A stretch of 33,607 bases of DNA from Candidatus Omnitrophota bacterium. GTDB taxonomy: Bacteria; Margulisbacteria; WOR-1; XYC2-FULL-46-14; WPAF01. A model generated the notes under the pieces. It was not told the origin of the DNA. It was given only the letters and a program-made list of their open reading frames with translations, and ran no database searches. Below are positions 16,773-24,546 of the stretch, piece after piece (position 1 is the stretch's first letter; each line of letters begins with the position of its first letter). The stretch lies in NCBI GenBank assembly GCA_035506255.1, contig DATJPS010000063.1:1-33607 (forward strand), written 5' to 3'. A program made the position numbers and the translations under genes.

Positions 16773-18443
16773 GTGAACAAGAAAATCGAACTCGCGATCG
16801 CGTTTTTGCTGATCGTATTTACGGCGCTGTTATTCTTCCGCGGAGCGATGGGCCGCGGCATGTGCTACGACGAGGTGAACAGGGTGAACAATATAATCCC
16901 CCTGCTCAACCATCACGCCCAGCCGTACGACCAGAGCATCTTTAGCCTCAGGTTCCACCGCTTCAAGGTCCCGCTCATGTACAAGCAATACATCAGCACC
17001 GTTTTTGTCCTCAAGTTCCTTCCGATCGGACTGTTCCATGATTACCGGACCGGAATCCGGGTCCTCTATTTTATCTACTTCGTACTTTTTGCTTTAGGGA
17101 CTTACGCCATCGCCGCCAGATATCACCGCGGCTACGCGGCCCTGTTCACCATGCTGGCGATCACCTCCCCTTTCCTTTATCCCGACGTCACCATGAACTT
17201 CGCCACCATCGACCTGATCTTTTTGTTTACGCTGGCCGGCCACTTGCTCTATACATATTTCAAGAGCGGCGACGATTTGTGGTACCTTTTCCTGGCCGCC
17301 CTGGCCGGCGCATTCGCCTGCAATCTCTATTTTTACAATTCCTGGGTGATCGCGGCGTTCCTCATCGCCAGTCCGTTCTTTTTCCCGGAGCAGTGGAAAA
17401 CGGTCCTCTCGTCGCCCCGCCGCATTGGGGTGGCCTGCGCCGGGATCTTTATCGGCCTGTTCAACTTTATCGCCTACAATCTGGCCAGAGGGTTCCCGAC
17501 CGTGCGGCCGCTTTTCGAAAGGATATTCAATCCCCGGGCATACAACACGCACCCCATCGACTACAAGGTATCTCGTCCGTTCCTGGAAGATATTGTCTGG
17601 AAGGCCCATCTTATTAAGCACTATCTCGGCGGGCACTTATTTATTTATCTTATACTGCTGGCGGCTCTGGCCGCGCTCTATTTCCTGATCGTCCGCCTCA
17701 TCGTCCGGTCGGGCCGGTGGGCGGAGCTCAGGGGATACCTCATCCCTCCCGCCGCTTTGCTGATCACGCTGGCGTTCATCCTTATCAGCCCCAACACCAC
17801 CCGGAGGGAGCATTACTACCGGCTGGAACCTTTCCTGGCGCTCGCTTTTGTGATGCCGCTGCCGCTCGCCAAAAAGCTATTCCCCGACCGTTCGTTCATT
17901 ATCAAAGCGGCGCTGATACTGCCGCTGCTTCTGCTCGCGCTTAACGGCTGGACCTCGAACGATCAGATCTCGCATTATGAACAGGTGGACAAGAACATCT
18001 ATTTCAGTCCGGCGATCTACGCCCTCAACGACTACATCGACCAGCGCGGGATCGACAGCTCGGACATCGTCCATACGCAATGGGGAATGTTCACGCAATT
18101 GTATTTCCTTAACCGGGGTGAATACCGGATCGTGGGGGACCGGCTGACATATCAATTGCTGGGGGCGAAGAACGACGCGGAAAGGTTCGGCGCGCTCCGG
18201 GATTTCTTCGCCTCCGACCGCGCCCCCACCGGCGAGGCGCTCTACTTCCCGGTCTATGCCAAGACCCCGAAAGACGACCCTTTCTTCAAGTTCATCGGCG
18301 CGTACGGCGGCAAGTTGAGCGTCGCCGAACGGTTCCGCAATAAGAACGGGACCGCTGATGTGATATTGCTTTACCGCCTCGACCGGGCGCCGGAATTCAT
18401 CGCCCGCGTAAAACGCTCGGGCGTCGCCGCGCCGCATTCATAA
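16773..18443 (+). CDS. polytopic membrane protein, probable GT-C fold glycosyltransferase (ArnT/PMT/GtrC-like) with C-terminal periplasmic domain
   Basis: 556-aa ORF (GTG start). At least 10 hydrophobic segments by eye. A YDE acidic motif in the first extracytoplasmic loop directly after TM1, as in GT-C enzymes. Soluble C-terminal ~150 aa. Divergent from the GT2-GtrA pair. Confidence 0.6.
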   Translation: MNKKIELAIAFLLIVFTALLFFRGAMGRGMCYDEVNRVNNIIPLLNHHAQPYDQSIFSLRFHRFKVPLMYKQYISTVFVLKFLPIGLFHDYRTGIRVLYFIYFVLFALGTYAIAARYHRGYAALFTMLAITSPFLYPDVTMNFATIDLIFLFTLAGHLLYTYFKSGDDLWYLFLAALAGAFACNLYFYNSWVIAAFLIASPFFFPEQWKTVLSSPRRIGVACAGIFIGLFNFIAYNLARGFPTVRPLFERIFNPRAYNTHPIDYKVSRPFLEDIVWKAHLIKHYLGGHLFIYLILLAALAALYFLIVRLIVRSGRWAELRGYLIPPAALLITLAFILISPNTTRREHYYRLEPFLALAFVMPLPLAKKLFPDRSFIIKAALILPLLLLALNGWTSNDQISHYEQVDKNIYFSPAIYALNDYIDQRGIDSSDIVHTQWGMFTQLYFLNRGEYRIVGDRLTYQLLGAKNDAERFGALRDFFASDRAPTGEALYFPVYAKTPKDDPFFKFIGAYGGKLSVAERFRNKNGTADVILLYRLDRAPEFIARVKRSGVAAPHS

Positions 18444-18461
18444 AATGTAGTATAATCCCTT

Positions 18462-18707
18462 ATGCTCAGATCGATCAGCCTGCTCCTGGTCAGCTTCATC
18501 TTGATGAACGGCCTGCCGGTCATTGCCGCCGAGCCGGTCCAGCATCTATACCTCGATAATTCGGTGCGGACGGTGATCCTCACGGCCGACCGGAAAGACC
18601 TGCGGCCGGAAGCGGCCGAGTTCAGGGATTTCCGCAATCAGTACGCCATCTTCTGGACGGCGGTCATCATCACGCTGGTCGCTTACGGATATTCGAGGGG
18701 AAAATAA
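18462..18707 (+). CDS. small secreted protein with C-terminal membrane anchor, paralog 1 of 4
   Basis: 81 aa. Signal peptide ...LPVIAA. C-terminal EFRDFRNQYAIFWTAVIITLVAYGYSRGK. Lies 18 nt after the GT-C gene. Confidence 0.65.
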   Translation: MLRSISLLLVSFILMNGLPVIAAEPVQHLYLDNSVRTVILTADRKDLRPEAAEFRDFRNQYAIFWTAVIITLVAYGYSRGK

Positions 18708-18716
18708 GGGGGATCG

Positions 18717-19148
18717 ATGAAACATATATCCATATTACTGATCGCGCTGACCCTCCTCAACTGCCCGGCCGCTTTCGCCGCGCGTCCGCTATTGACCCGG
18801 AGCGGGACGCTGGAGACGAGCGAGGTCTGGTCGGGAGAAGTGAAGGTGGACGGCGATGTTACCGTTCCCAAAGGGGCGGCGCTGACGATCGAACCGGGAA
18901 CAAAGTTCCAGTACGACCGTGAATACAAGCTGATCGTTTACGGGACTTTGAATGTCGGCGGTGCTTCGCTGGGTGAAGGAAAGTACGATGTTATCCCGCT
19001 CGACCCGAGGACGCGGATAATAAACGTCACCCCCTATCCGATCGACACCACCAGTCTGCGCGACGAGTTCAGGATATTCAGGATACAGTACGCCATACTC
19101 TGGACGGTGCTGGTATCGAGCCTGATCTATGTGGTCGCCCACCGGTGA
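18717..19148 (+). CDS. small secreted protein with beta-helix-cap-like ectodomain and C-terminal anchor, paralog 2 of 4
   Basis: 143 aa. AAGGGGG RBS. Signal peptide ...PAAFA. TLETSEVWSGEVKVDGDVTVPKGAALTIEPGTKF resembles the first turn of right-handed beta-helix proteins. C-terminal PYPIDTTSLRDEFRIFRIQYAILWTVLVSSLIYVVAHR. Confidence 0.75.
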   Translation: MKHISILLIALTLLNCPAAFAARPLLTRSGTLETSEVWSGEVKVDGDVTVPKGAALTIEPGTKFQYDREYKLIVYGTLNVGGASLGEGKYDVIPLDPRTRIINVTPYPIDTTSLRDEFRIFRIQYAILWTVLVSSLIYVVAHR

Positions 19149-19155
19149 TCTTTTG

Positions 19156-19452
19156 ATGAAGCGGATAACGGCCGCGTCCCTTATCTTATGCCTGCTGGCG
19201 CCGGCGGCGATGGCGGCGGGCAATGCCGCGCCCCGGGTCTATCCGATCTCGCAATTCAACAGCATCGAGGTCTTGAGCATCGACCGGCCGACGACGATCC
19301 ACCTCCCCGCTTCGGCGGAGGTGCTGGTGGTGGAAGAATACCAGCCGAAGACCGATTATCTGGAGGAAGAGGTGCGGGCTTACAATTACCAGCAGACCGG
19401 CTACTGGCTGGCCGCGGGCGTTATTATGGTATACATCTGGCTGCACCGATGA
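19156..19452 (+). CDS. small secreted protein with C-terminal anchor, paralog 3 of 4
   Basis: The track ORF starts at 19129. ATG 19156 (MKRITAASLILCLLAPAAMA) gives a proper signal peptide 7 nt after the previous stop. C-terminal LEEEVRAYNYQQTGYWLAAGVIMVYIWLHR. Confidence 0.65.
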   Translation: MKRITAASLILCLLAPAAMAAGNAAPRVYPISQFNSIEVLSIDRPTTIHLPASAEVLVVEEYQPKTDYLEEEVRAYNYQQTGYWLAAGVIMVYIWLHR

Positions 19453-19685
19453 CAAAAAAACTATTTTGCTTCATGTTGATACTGGCGTTGGTCTCGCCGC
19501 TGGCGGCGGCGAATGAGCTGGCCGTTCCGGTGGAAAGCGCGACGCCGGAAACGATCACGGTACATCCGTATAGCGCAGACCTGACAGGGTTGAAGAACGA
19601 GATCAGAAGCTACCGCGAGGCGTACCTGGTGGTGCAGAGCATAGTGGTGATCGGCCTGATCTCGGCTTTGGCCACCCGGAGATGA
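19449..19685 (+). CDS. small secreted protein with C-terminal anchor, paralog 4 of 4
   Basis: Internal start of track ORF 19188-19685. ATGA overlap with paralog 3. MTKKLFCFMLILALVSPLAAA signal peptide. C-terminal HPYSADLTGLKNEIRSYREAYLVVQSIVVIGLISALATRR. Confidence 0.65.
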   Translation: MTKKLFCFMLILALVSPLAAANELAVPVESATPETITVHPYSADLTGLKNEIRSYREAYLVVQSIVVIGLISALATRR

Positions 19686-19844
19686 TGGGGAAACATTAAT
19701 TACGAATTATAGTATCGCCCTGCCTGCCGGAGAATGTGGGGGTTGGCGGGGAATTGATCATTAGACTAAATAGGGAATAGTTCTCTGTAAGAAATTTAAA
19801 AATAGTCATAAATATCTGCTATTAATATTCAATTCAACATTTTT

Positions 19845-21074
19845 TTATTGGACATTAACAACGTTTGCTAAATATTCTTTAATCTTAAATCCTGAATATT
19901 CCGGCTTAAAATGAGTACTCTGACTTATATATGTTGAACCCGAAGAAAATAGTTTGCTCAACCCAACTCTTATTTCTCCAACATCCTCCTTTCCTTTACC
20001 ATACACAGTACCAGCATATATTAATTTATTGTTGGCATTAACCTCCTTATGTTGTAACCATTTCATATTCTGCGGATGATACCCAAATCCCAAAAAAAAC
20101 ATAGTTTCGGCTTCTTTTAGTCGTTTTTTTATATGTTCATAAAGTACATCTTTTGATGCCTCATGATATGTTCTAATCATTTCAACAATGTTACATATTT
20201 TATTAATATTGATATATGGATTATCTTTGTTACTTAAAAGCTTATTAAAACACTCACATATCGATTTATCATCATTTATTTGCAATTGTTGTCTCATTGA
20301 AAGATCCAATATAGCTGAAAATAAATTTTCAACCCTAATTGGCTCATATTCATTATCAACCCCTAATGCTTTAGGCTGCCATGACAATCTCCCTAATTGT
20401 CCATAGACATGATGAATCAATAAATTGCCATTAATTATTTCTGACGCATTTCCGGAACTCATAGATTGGACACTATTTAACAAGTAATATTCAAAAGATC
20501 TATCATAATTAAAGGAAATAATTGTTAACTTACTAAGATTATTGCCTATATCATCATAAATCTTAGTCCACAAACTATTGTACCAGCCCCGCGTCAGAGA
20601 CAAACAATGATCAATTGGATACGGCAATCGACCCTGATATCGATGCCCCTCCCCCACTTTATCTATTGTATAGAATAATCTCTCCCGTTTTTCGTACACT
20701 GAAATCACCATTACAATTAATATTTTCCCAATTATGGCCAATTCCTCAAAGCCCTCACTATTTTTATCTAGAAAATCATCGATTGATGCCGCATTCGATC
20801 TGATAAGACGTAATTCAAATTCCTCAACCGCTTTACGGATGATTTCTAAATAATTTTCTATGATTTGATCATACCTCGATGTTACAATTTTCTTGTTTTG
20901 TATATAACAAAAAGCTATATAAGCAATAAAGTTTTTAATCAATTTAATATTTCCACACAACAGATTGCCCTTGAGAATATTAACAATATCTTGTAATAAT
21001 TCTTCACCAGAAGGAAACCCATAATCCATACTGGCACCAGCTCCTAAAACCAGAACGGTTTTTTTGTTTATCAT
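19845..21074 (-). CDS. SIR2-like (SIR2_2/PF13289-type) protein, stand-alone; candidate NAD+-consuming defence effector
   Basis: 409-aa ORF in a ~30% GC island. Ordered motifs: KTVLVLGAGASMDYGFPSGEEL (res 5-26), TIISFNYDRSFE (184-195, Asn189), LLIHHVYGQLG (218-228, His221/222) and MFFLGFGYHPQNM (325-337). No SD sequence; AT-rich codon usage unlike the neighbours. Confidence 0.7.
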   Translation of the reverse strand: MINKKTVLVLGAGASMDYGFPSGEELLQDIVNILKGNLLCGNIKLIKNFIAYIAFCYIQNKKIVTSRYDQIIENYLEIIRKAVEEFELRLIRSNAASIDDFLDKNSEGFEELAIIGKILIVMVISVYEKRERLFYTIDKVGEGHRYQGRLPYPIDHCLSLTRGWYNSLWTKIYDDIGNNLSKLTIISFNYDRSFEYYLLNSVQSMSSGNASEIINGNLLIHHVYGQLGRLSWQPKALGVDNEYEPIRVENLFSAILDLSMRQQLQINDDKSICECFNKLLSNKDNPYININKICNIVEMIRTYHEASKDVLYEHIKKRLKEAETMFFLGFGYHPQNMKWLQHKEVNANNKLIYAGTVYGKGKEDVGEIRVGLSKLFSSGSTYISQSTHFKPEYSGFKIKEYLANVVNVQ

Positions 21075-21086
21075 ATCTATATATTT

Positions 21087-21143
21087 CTATTTCCCCCACC
21101 CCACCGTCTGTGCAAAAATGACTTCCTTGATGAAGTTAATCAT
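21087..21143 (-). pseudogene. vestigial 3' fragment of a nitroreductase paralog (18-codon remnant)
   Basis: Translates MINFIKEVIFAQTVGWGK-stop. The last 11 residues match the C-terminus ...VLFAQTVGWGKRS of the gene at 21492-22124. Nucleotide repeat 21090-21124 vs 21501-21535 is 33/35 identical. Confidence 0.6.
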
Positions 21144-21488
21144 TTAACCCTCACTTTTTCCTGCCATCCTTCCATACGCCACGAACGCGGCCAGGAAGGC
21201 GGGGATAATACCCCAAAGCAATCCCGGAAACCCGGAATACTGTGCAAACAGCACACAGCCCAACAGCGACAGCACCGCCAGGCAGATCGCCGAGAGCGCG
21301 GTCGCTCTGGGCCATAATAGCCCCACTGCAAACACGACCTCAAGCGCACCGTAAGCTATCCATACCGGAATGGGCAAACCCTGAGCCCAGGCACTTTTGA
21401 TCAATTCATAATTGGACATCACATATATACCGCCGATAATGTTCCACAACGCCAGCAAGCCCTGAAGCAACCAGAGTAGAATGTTCAT
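21144..21488 (-). CDS. DoxX-family small membrane protein
   Basis: 114-aa ORF with four hydrophobic helices. AAGGAG RBS 8 nt upstream. Family call from general resemblance only. Confidence 0.6.
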   Translation of the reverse strand: MNILLWLLQGLLALWNIIGGIYVMSNYELIKSAWAQGLPIPVWIAYGALEVVFAVGLLWPRATALSAICLAVLSLLGCVLFAQYSGFPGLLWGIIPAFLAAFVAYGRMAGKSEG

Positions 21489-21491
21489 GTA

Positions 21492-22124
21492 TTAACTCCT
21501 TTTCCCCCACCCCACCGTTTGTGCAAAAAGGACTCGCTGGTCGGAGCGTAGCTTCAATTTTTCGTGCAGGGCTTCCTTTTGACAGTTGTGGAACCAGGCC
21601 GCCAGGCCTTGTGAGGCAGTAAATAAAGCGACATTGGCCGCGATCCAGCCGGTAGCAACATAATAATATGCTTTTTGCACCTCCGGGTTGCGCAAACCCG
21701 GCTCCTGGTATCCTTTCGTATATACCAGTTTATCTATATCCACTACGTAGATGATCCGCACCGGAGGGTTCGCGCTGACCGCGTCCTGCCCTTTGTTTAT
21801 CGCCAGCGCGCGCAGATCCCCCGCAACAACGGGTACCAGCCGGTGAGGGACCGCTTCATAAAGATATACCCCATCCTCCATCGCCACATAAAGGTCGATC
21901 TCCTGCGAATTGCTGGCCGTGCTCGCCGTCCGGCCGGGGATCCCATCGGGCCCTTTTTTACGGTTAACGCCGAACGCCGCCCAGAGGAGATCAGAGAGAA
22001 GCTGGAGAGGAAGCTTTTTACCGCTTATCTCGCGAACGGTGCGCCTCGCCTTCAACGCCGCCAGCACGCTCTTGCCGCCCGTATCCTTCGGCGCGGGGAG
22101 CTTGATCGGCTTTAGGTCTTTCAT
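21492..22124 (-). CDS. nitroreductase-family (SagB-type-like) oxidoreductase
   Basis: 210-aa ORF. LKARRTVREISGKKL, LLWAAFGVNR and RTASTASNSQEIDLYV are typical of nitroreductase-fold proteins. TATAAT lies 9 nt upstream of the ATG. Confidence 0.8.
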   Translation of the reverse strand: MKDLKPIKLPAPKDTGGKSVLAALKARRTVREISGKKLPLQLLSDLLWAAFGVNRKKGPDGIPGRTASTASNSQEIDLYVAMEDGVYLYEAVPHRLVPVVAGDLRALAINKGQDAVSANPPVRIIYVVDIDKLVYTKGYQEPGLRNPEVQKAYYYVATGWIAANVALFTASQGLAAWFHNCQKEALHEKLKLRSDQRVLFAQTVGWGKRS

Positions 22125-22207
22125 GATACCGGTATTATAGACCTTTTAACGGGGAAAGGGATAGGGATGAGAAGAAATCGCCGGACATTATAACTCACCC
22201 CCTTTGT

Positions 22208-22439
22208 CCCCCTCTCTTAAAAAGAGAGGGGGATATCCCAATGTGACCTGAGTGGGGTGTTTCACTATCGGGAGGGGTGGAGAGCTGCGGAGCTCACTCC
22301 GTCCATCGGAATAGTTACGACAAATCGTTTTACACCTGAATTGCGGAGCAGCGAGGGCATACGAAGGTCGGGGGTCCAGGGGGACACCTCCTGGTTGCTT
22401 TCTTTTCATCCCCTTTTCTTTTCAACAAAAGAAAAGGGG
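22208..22439 (+). ncRNA. structured repeat element, copy 2
   Basis: Same architecture as 13675-13946. 5' hairpin CCCCCTCTCT-taaaa-AGAGAGGGGG (22208-22232), conserved core, hairpin CCAGGGGG-aca-CCTCCTGG, and terminal hairpin CCCCTTTTCTTTT-caac-AAAAGAAAAGGGG (22410-22439). Lies between two minus-strand genes. Confidence 0.5.
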
Positions 22440-22467
22440 AAAGAAAATATCAATTCAAAATTTGAGA

Positions 22468-23250
22468 TTATTTGTATCCGATAAAGAACAGCCGCTTGAA
22501 GGGGAAAAGGACTTTGCCGTCCTTTTGCGCCGGGTATTGATTCTTGACCTCTTCCAGTATCTCGTCCTCCAACGCCTGCCGGTCCGCTTTGTCCGCCAGC
22601 CGGTCAAGGTACGGCATTAGCGCGGTCCCTCTTATCCATTCGATCACCGCCAGATGCGAACCGAGGATGTGGAAATAATCGGTCTCCCACAGATCGATCC
22701 TGCGCACCTCCCCCGCCAGCAGATCGTAATAGAAGTTGGGATTGTGGTAGGTGAAGAGATCGGAACAACCGCCCAGCGCCTTGTTCCAGCGGCCCTTTCC
22801 CGTAATGTGCTCAATGATCTTCCCGATCGCCATGTTCTGGAACCGCGGGGTCTGCACCGCGATCGTTCCGCCAGCTGACAGCCAGCCAAAAAGCGTCTTG
22901 AACAGTCGCGTATGGTCGGGGATCCACTGGATGGCGGCGTTGGAAAATATCAGGTCGAACTTGCGGCCGGGAGCGTAAGTCGTCGCGTCGGCAAGCACCC
23001 AGTTCTGCGCGGGATGGTCCGCTTTCGCCTTTTCTATCATCGCCGGGGAATTGTCGAGCCCCGTGAACTCGGCGTGCGGCCACCGTTCGATCAATATCTG
23101 GCCGCTGTTCCCCGGCCCGCACCCCACATCGATTATGCACCTGGGCGCAATGGCGGGCTCGATCCGCCCCACCAGGTCGATTGACGGCTGCGTCCGCTCG
23201 TTCTTGAACTTCAGGTAATGCTGCGGGTCCCAATCGCTCTTGTTTTTCAT
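22468..23250 (-). CDS. tam: trans-aconitate 2-methyltransferase
   Basis: MKNKSDWDPQHYLKFKNERTQPSIDLVGRI matches the Tam N-terminus (W.P..YL.F..ER..P..DL). SAM motif IIDVGCGPGNSG. The track ORF starts 3 codons earlier at GTG 23259. Confidence 0.88.
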   Translation of the reverse strand: MKNKSDWDPQHYLKFKNERTQPSIDLVGRIEPAIAPRCIIDVGCGPGNSGQILIERWPHAEFTGLDNSPAMIEKAKADHPAQNWVLADATTYAPGRKFDLIFSNAAIQWIPDHTRLFKTLFGWLSAGGTIAVQTPRFQNMAIGKIIEHITGKGRWNKALGGCSDLFTYHNPNFYYDLLAGEVRRIDLWETDYFHILGSHLAVIEWIRGTALMPYLDRLADKADRQALEDEILEEVKNQYPAQKDGKVLFPFKRLFFIGYK

Positions 23251-23260
23251 CGTTTCCACG

Positions 23261-23971
23261 TCACGACATCATCACTTCGGCCTCTTCGGAGGCGATCTGC
23301 CCGACGAGCTTTTCCGCTACCGCCTGCGGAGTGTCGATCGGCATCGCGCCCGGCCTGGCCGGCGCCGCCGCCCGGTCCTCGTGCATCCTCATCCCCACCG
23401 CGTTCTTCCCGAAGTTGGTGGCGGTCATGCGGGGATGGAAGACGCAGACCACGATCCCGTCCTTCTCCAGCTCCGCCCGCGCGGTGAGCGAAAGCGCGTT
23501 AAGCGCGTATTTGGTCGAAGCGTAAGAGCCGAGATTGGGGATATAGGATTTTGATACCATCGAGCTGACGTTAAGTATCATCCCCCCGCCCTGTTCGCGC
23601 ATTTGCGGGATCACGGCCTGCATCGAGCGCAGGGGGCCAAAAACATTGAGCTCCACGATGGAGCGGTAGCCTTCGACTTCGACCTTCTCCACCGGTCCGT
23701 ACTGCGCCTGCCCGGCGTTGTTAATTAGAATATCGATCCGGCCGAACTTGTCGACCGTCTTCTTGATCAGTGCGGTTATCTCTTCCGGCTTCCGCATGTC
23801 GGTCGGCACCGCCATTGACCCGGGAAGCTCGCTTTCAAGCTTCTTAAGCAGATCGGCGGAACGCGCCGCCAGCACCACCTTCGCCCCTTTCGCGGCCAGC
23901 CGCCGCGCGACCGCTTCCCCTATTCCCTCCGACGCTCCAGTAACGATCGCGACCTTGTCTTTTATTTCCAT
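23261..23971 (-). CDS. short-chain dehydrogenase/reductase (SDR)
   Basis: VAIVTGASEGIG (TGxxxGxG), NNAG, and the YASTK catalytic YxxxK. Start chosen at ATG 23971 (GGAAGGG 6 nt upstream). The track ORF extends to 24004. Confidence 0.88.
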   Translation of the reverse strand: MEIKDKVAIVTGASEGIGEAVARRLAAKGAKVVLAARSADLLKKLESELPGSMAVPTDMRKPEEITALIKKTVDKFGRIDILINNAGQAQYGPVEKVEVEGYRSIVELNVFGPLRSMQAVIPQMREQGGGMILNVSSMVSKSYIPNLGSYASTKYALNALSLTARAELEKDGIVVCVFHPRMTATNFGKNAVGMRMHEDRAAAPARPGAMPIDTPQAVAEKLVGQIASEEAEVMMS

Positions 23972-24052
23972 GTTCATCCCTTCCTTGCCGGTATTATAAC
24001 CCAAAACCGCGCCGATCCCATGTTTTTTATCCTGTGCCGCCGCCCGGAAATA

Positions 24053-24061
24053 TGCTATACT
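24053..24061 (+). promoter_or_regulatory. extended -10 TGcTATACT, 8 nt upstream of ATG 24070
   Basis: The nonamer is identical to the one at 5127-5135. No SD before ATG 24070. Confidence 0.4.
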
Positions 24062-24069
24062 CCGGCATC

Positions 24070-24546
24070 ATGAAGACGGTAAGGCTCGGCATTGCCGTGA
24101 TCGCGCTGCTGGTCCCCGCACTCCTGCTTTCGGGCTGCAAGAGCACCCTGCTAGTGCGCAATGCCACCGTCGCCCAGATGATCCCTATCCTCAAGGATTA
24201 CGCCGGTACCCACGGCTACAACATCACCTACGAGAACGACCAGACCGGTTCGTTCCGGCTAGATCTCGGCCCGGTGTACGTGGCCGGGACCACCTCGACC
24301 ACCCGCACCAAGTCGGTCACCGTGACGCCGCCGTCCAAGGATCAGCCGATGACCTCGTACGAGGATACCACCTGGAACACCGTCAGCACGCCGGGGCACT
24401 ACGACGAGGCCACCGCCATGGTGACGCTTATCCAATCGGACAACGACGTAGTGATCACCGTCGACGGCAACGACGCCGCCGGAAGCTCGATGAGCGACGT
24501 TCACTCTTATCTTGCCAGCTTCGGCTACACCGTGGAGGACAAATAA
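24070..24546 (+). CDS. hypothetical lipoprotein
   Basis: Start at MKTVRLGIAVIALLVPALLLSGC (lipobox LSGC). Thr/Ser-rich central region. No family recognised. Confidence 0.65.
   Translation: MKTVRLGIAVIALLVPALLLSGCKSTLLVRNATVAQMIPILKDYAGTHGYNITYENDQTGSFRLDLGPVYVAGTTSTTRTKSVTVTPPSKDQPMTSYEDTTWNTVSTPGHYDEATAMVTLIQSDNDVVITVDGNDAAGSSMSDVHSYLASFGYTVEDK

Noticed and set aside
19686-19844. 37-codon minus-strand ORF downstream of the SIR2-like gene (MTIFKFLTENYSLFSLMINSPPTPTFSGRQGDTIIRN) as a possible small partner or antitoxin
   Set aside because: No RBS and no recognisable features. It straddles the AT-rich/GC-rich boundary, so half of it would be host sequence. Most likely fortuitous.
19734-21110. 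G-rich segments at the two edges of the AT-rich island (gtgggggttggcggggaa at ~19734-19756, and the reverse complement of ttcccccaccccacc at 21091-21105) as terminal inverted repeats
   Set aside because: Only about 70% similar over ~20 nt of low-complexity G-runs. The right-hand copy is better explained as part of the nitroreductase 3' remnant. This is too weak to call a TIR.
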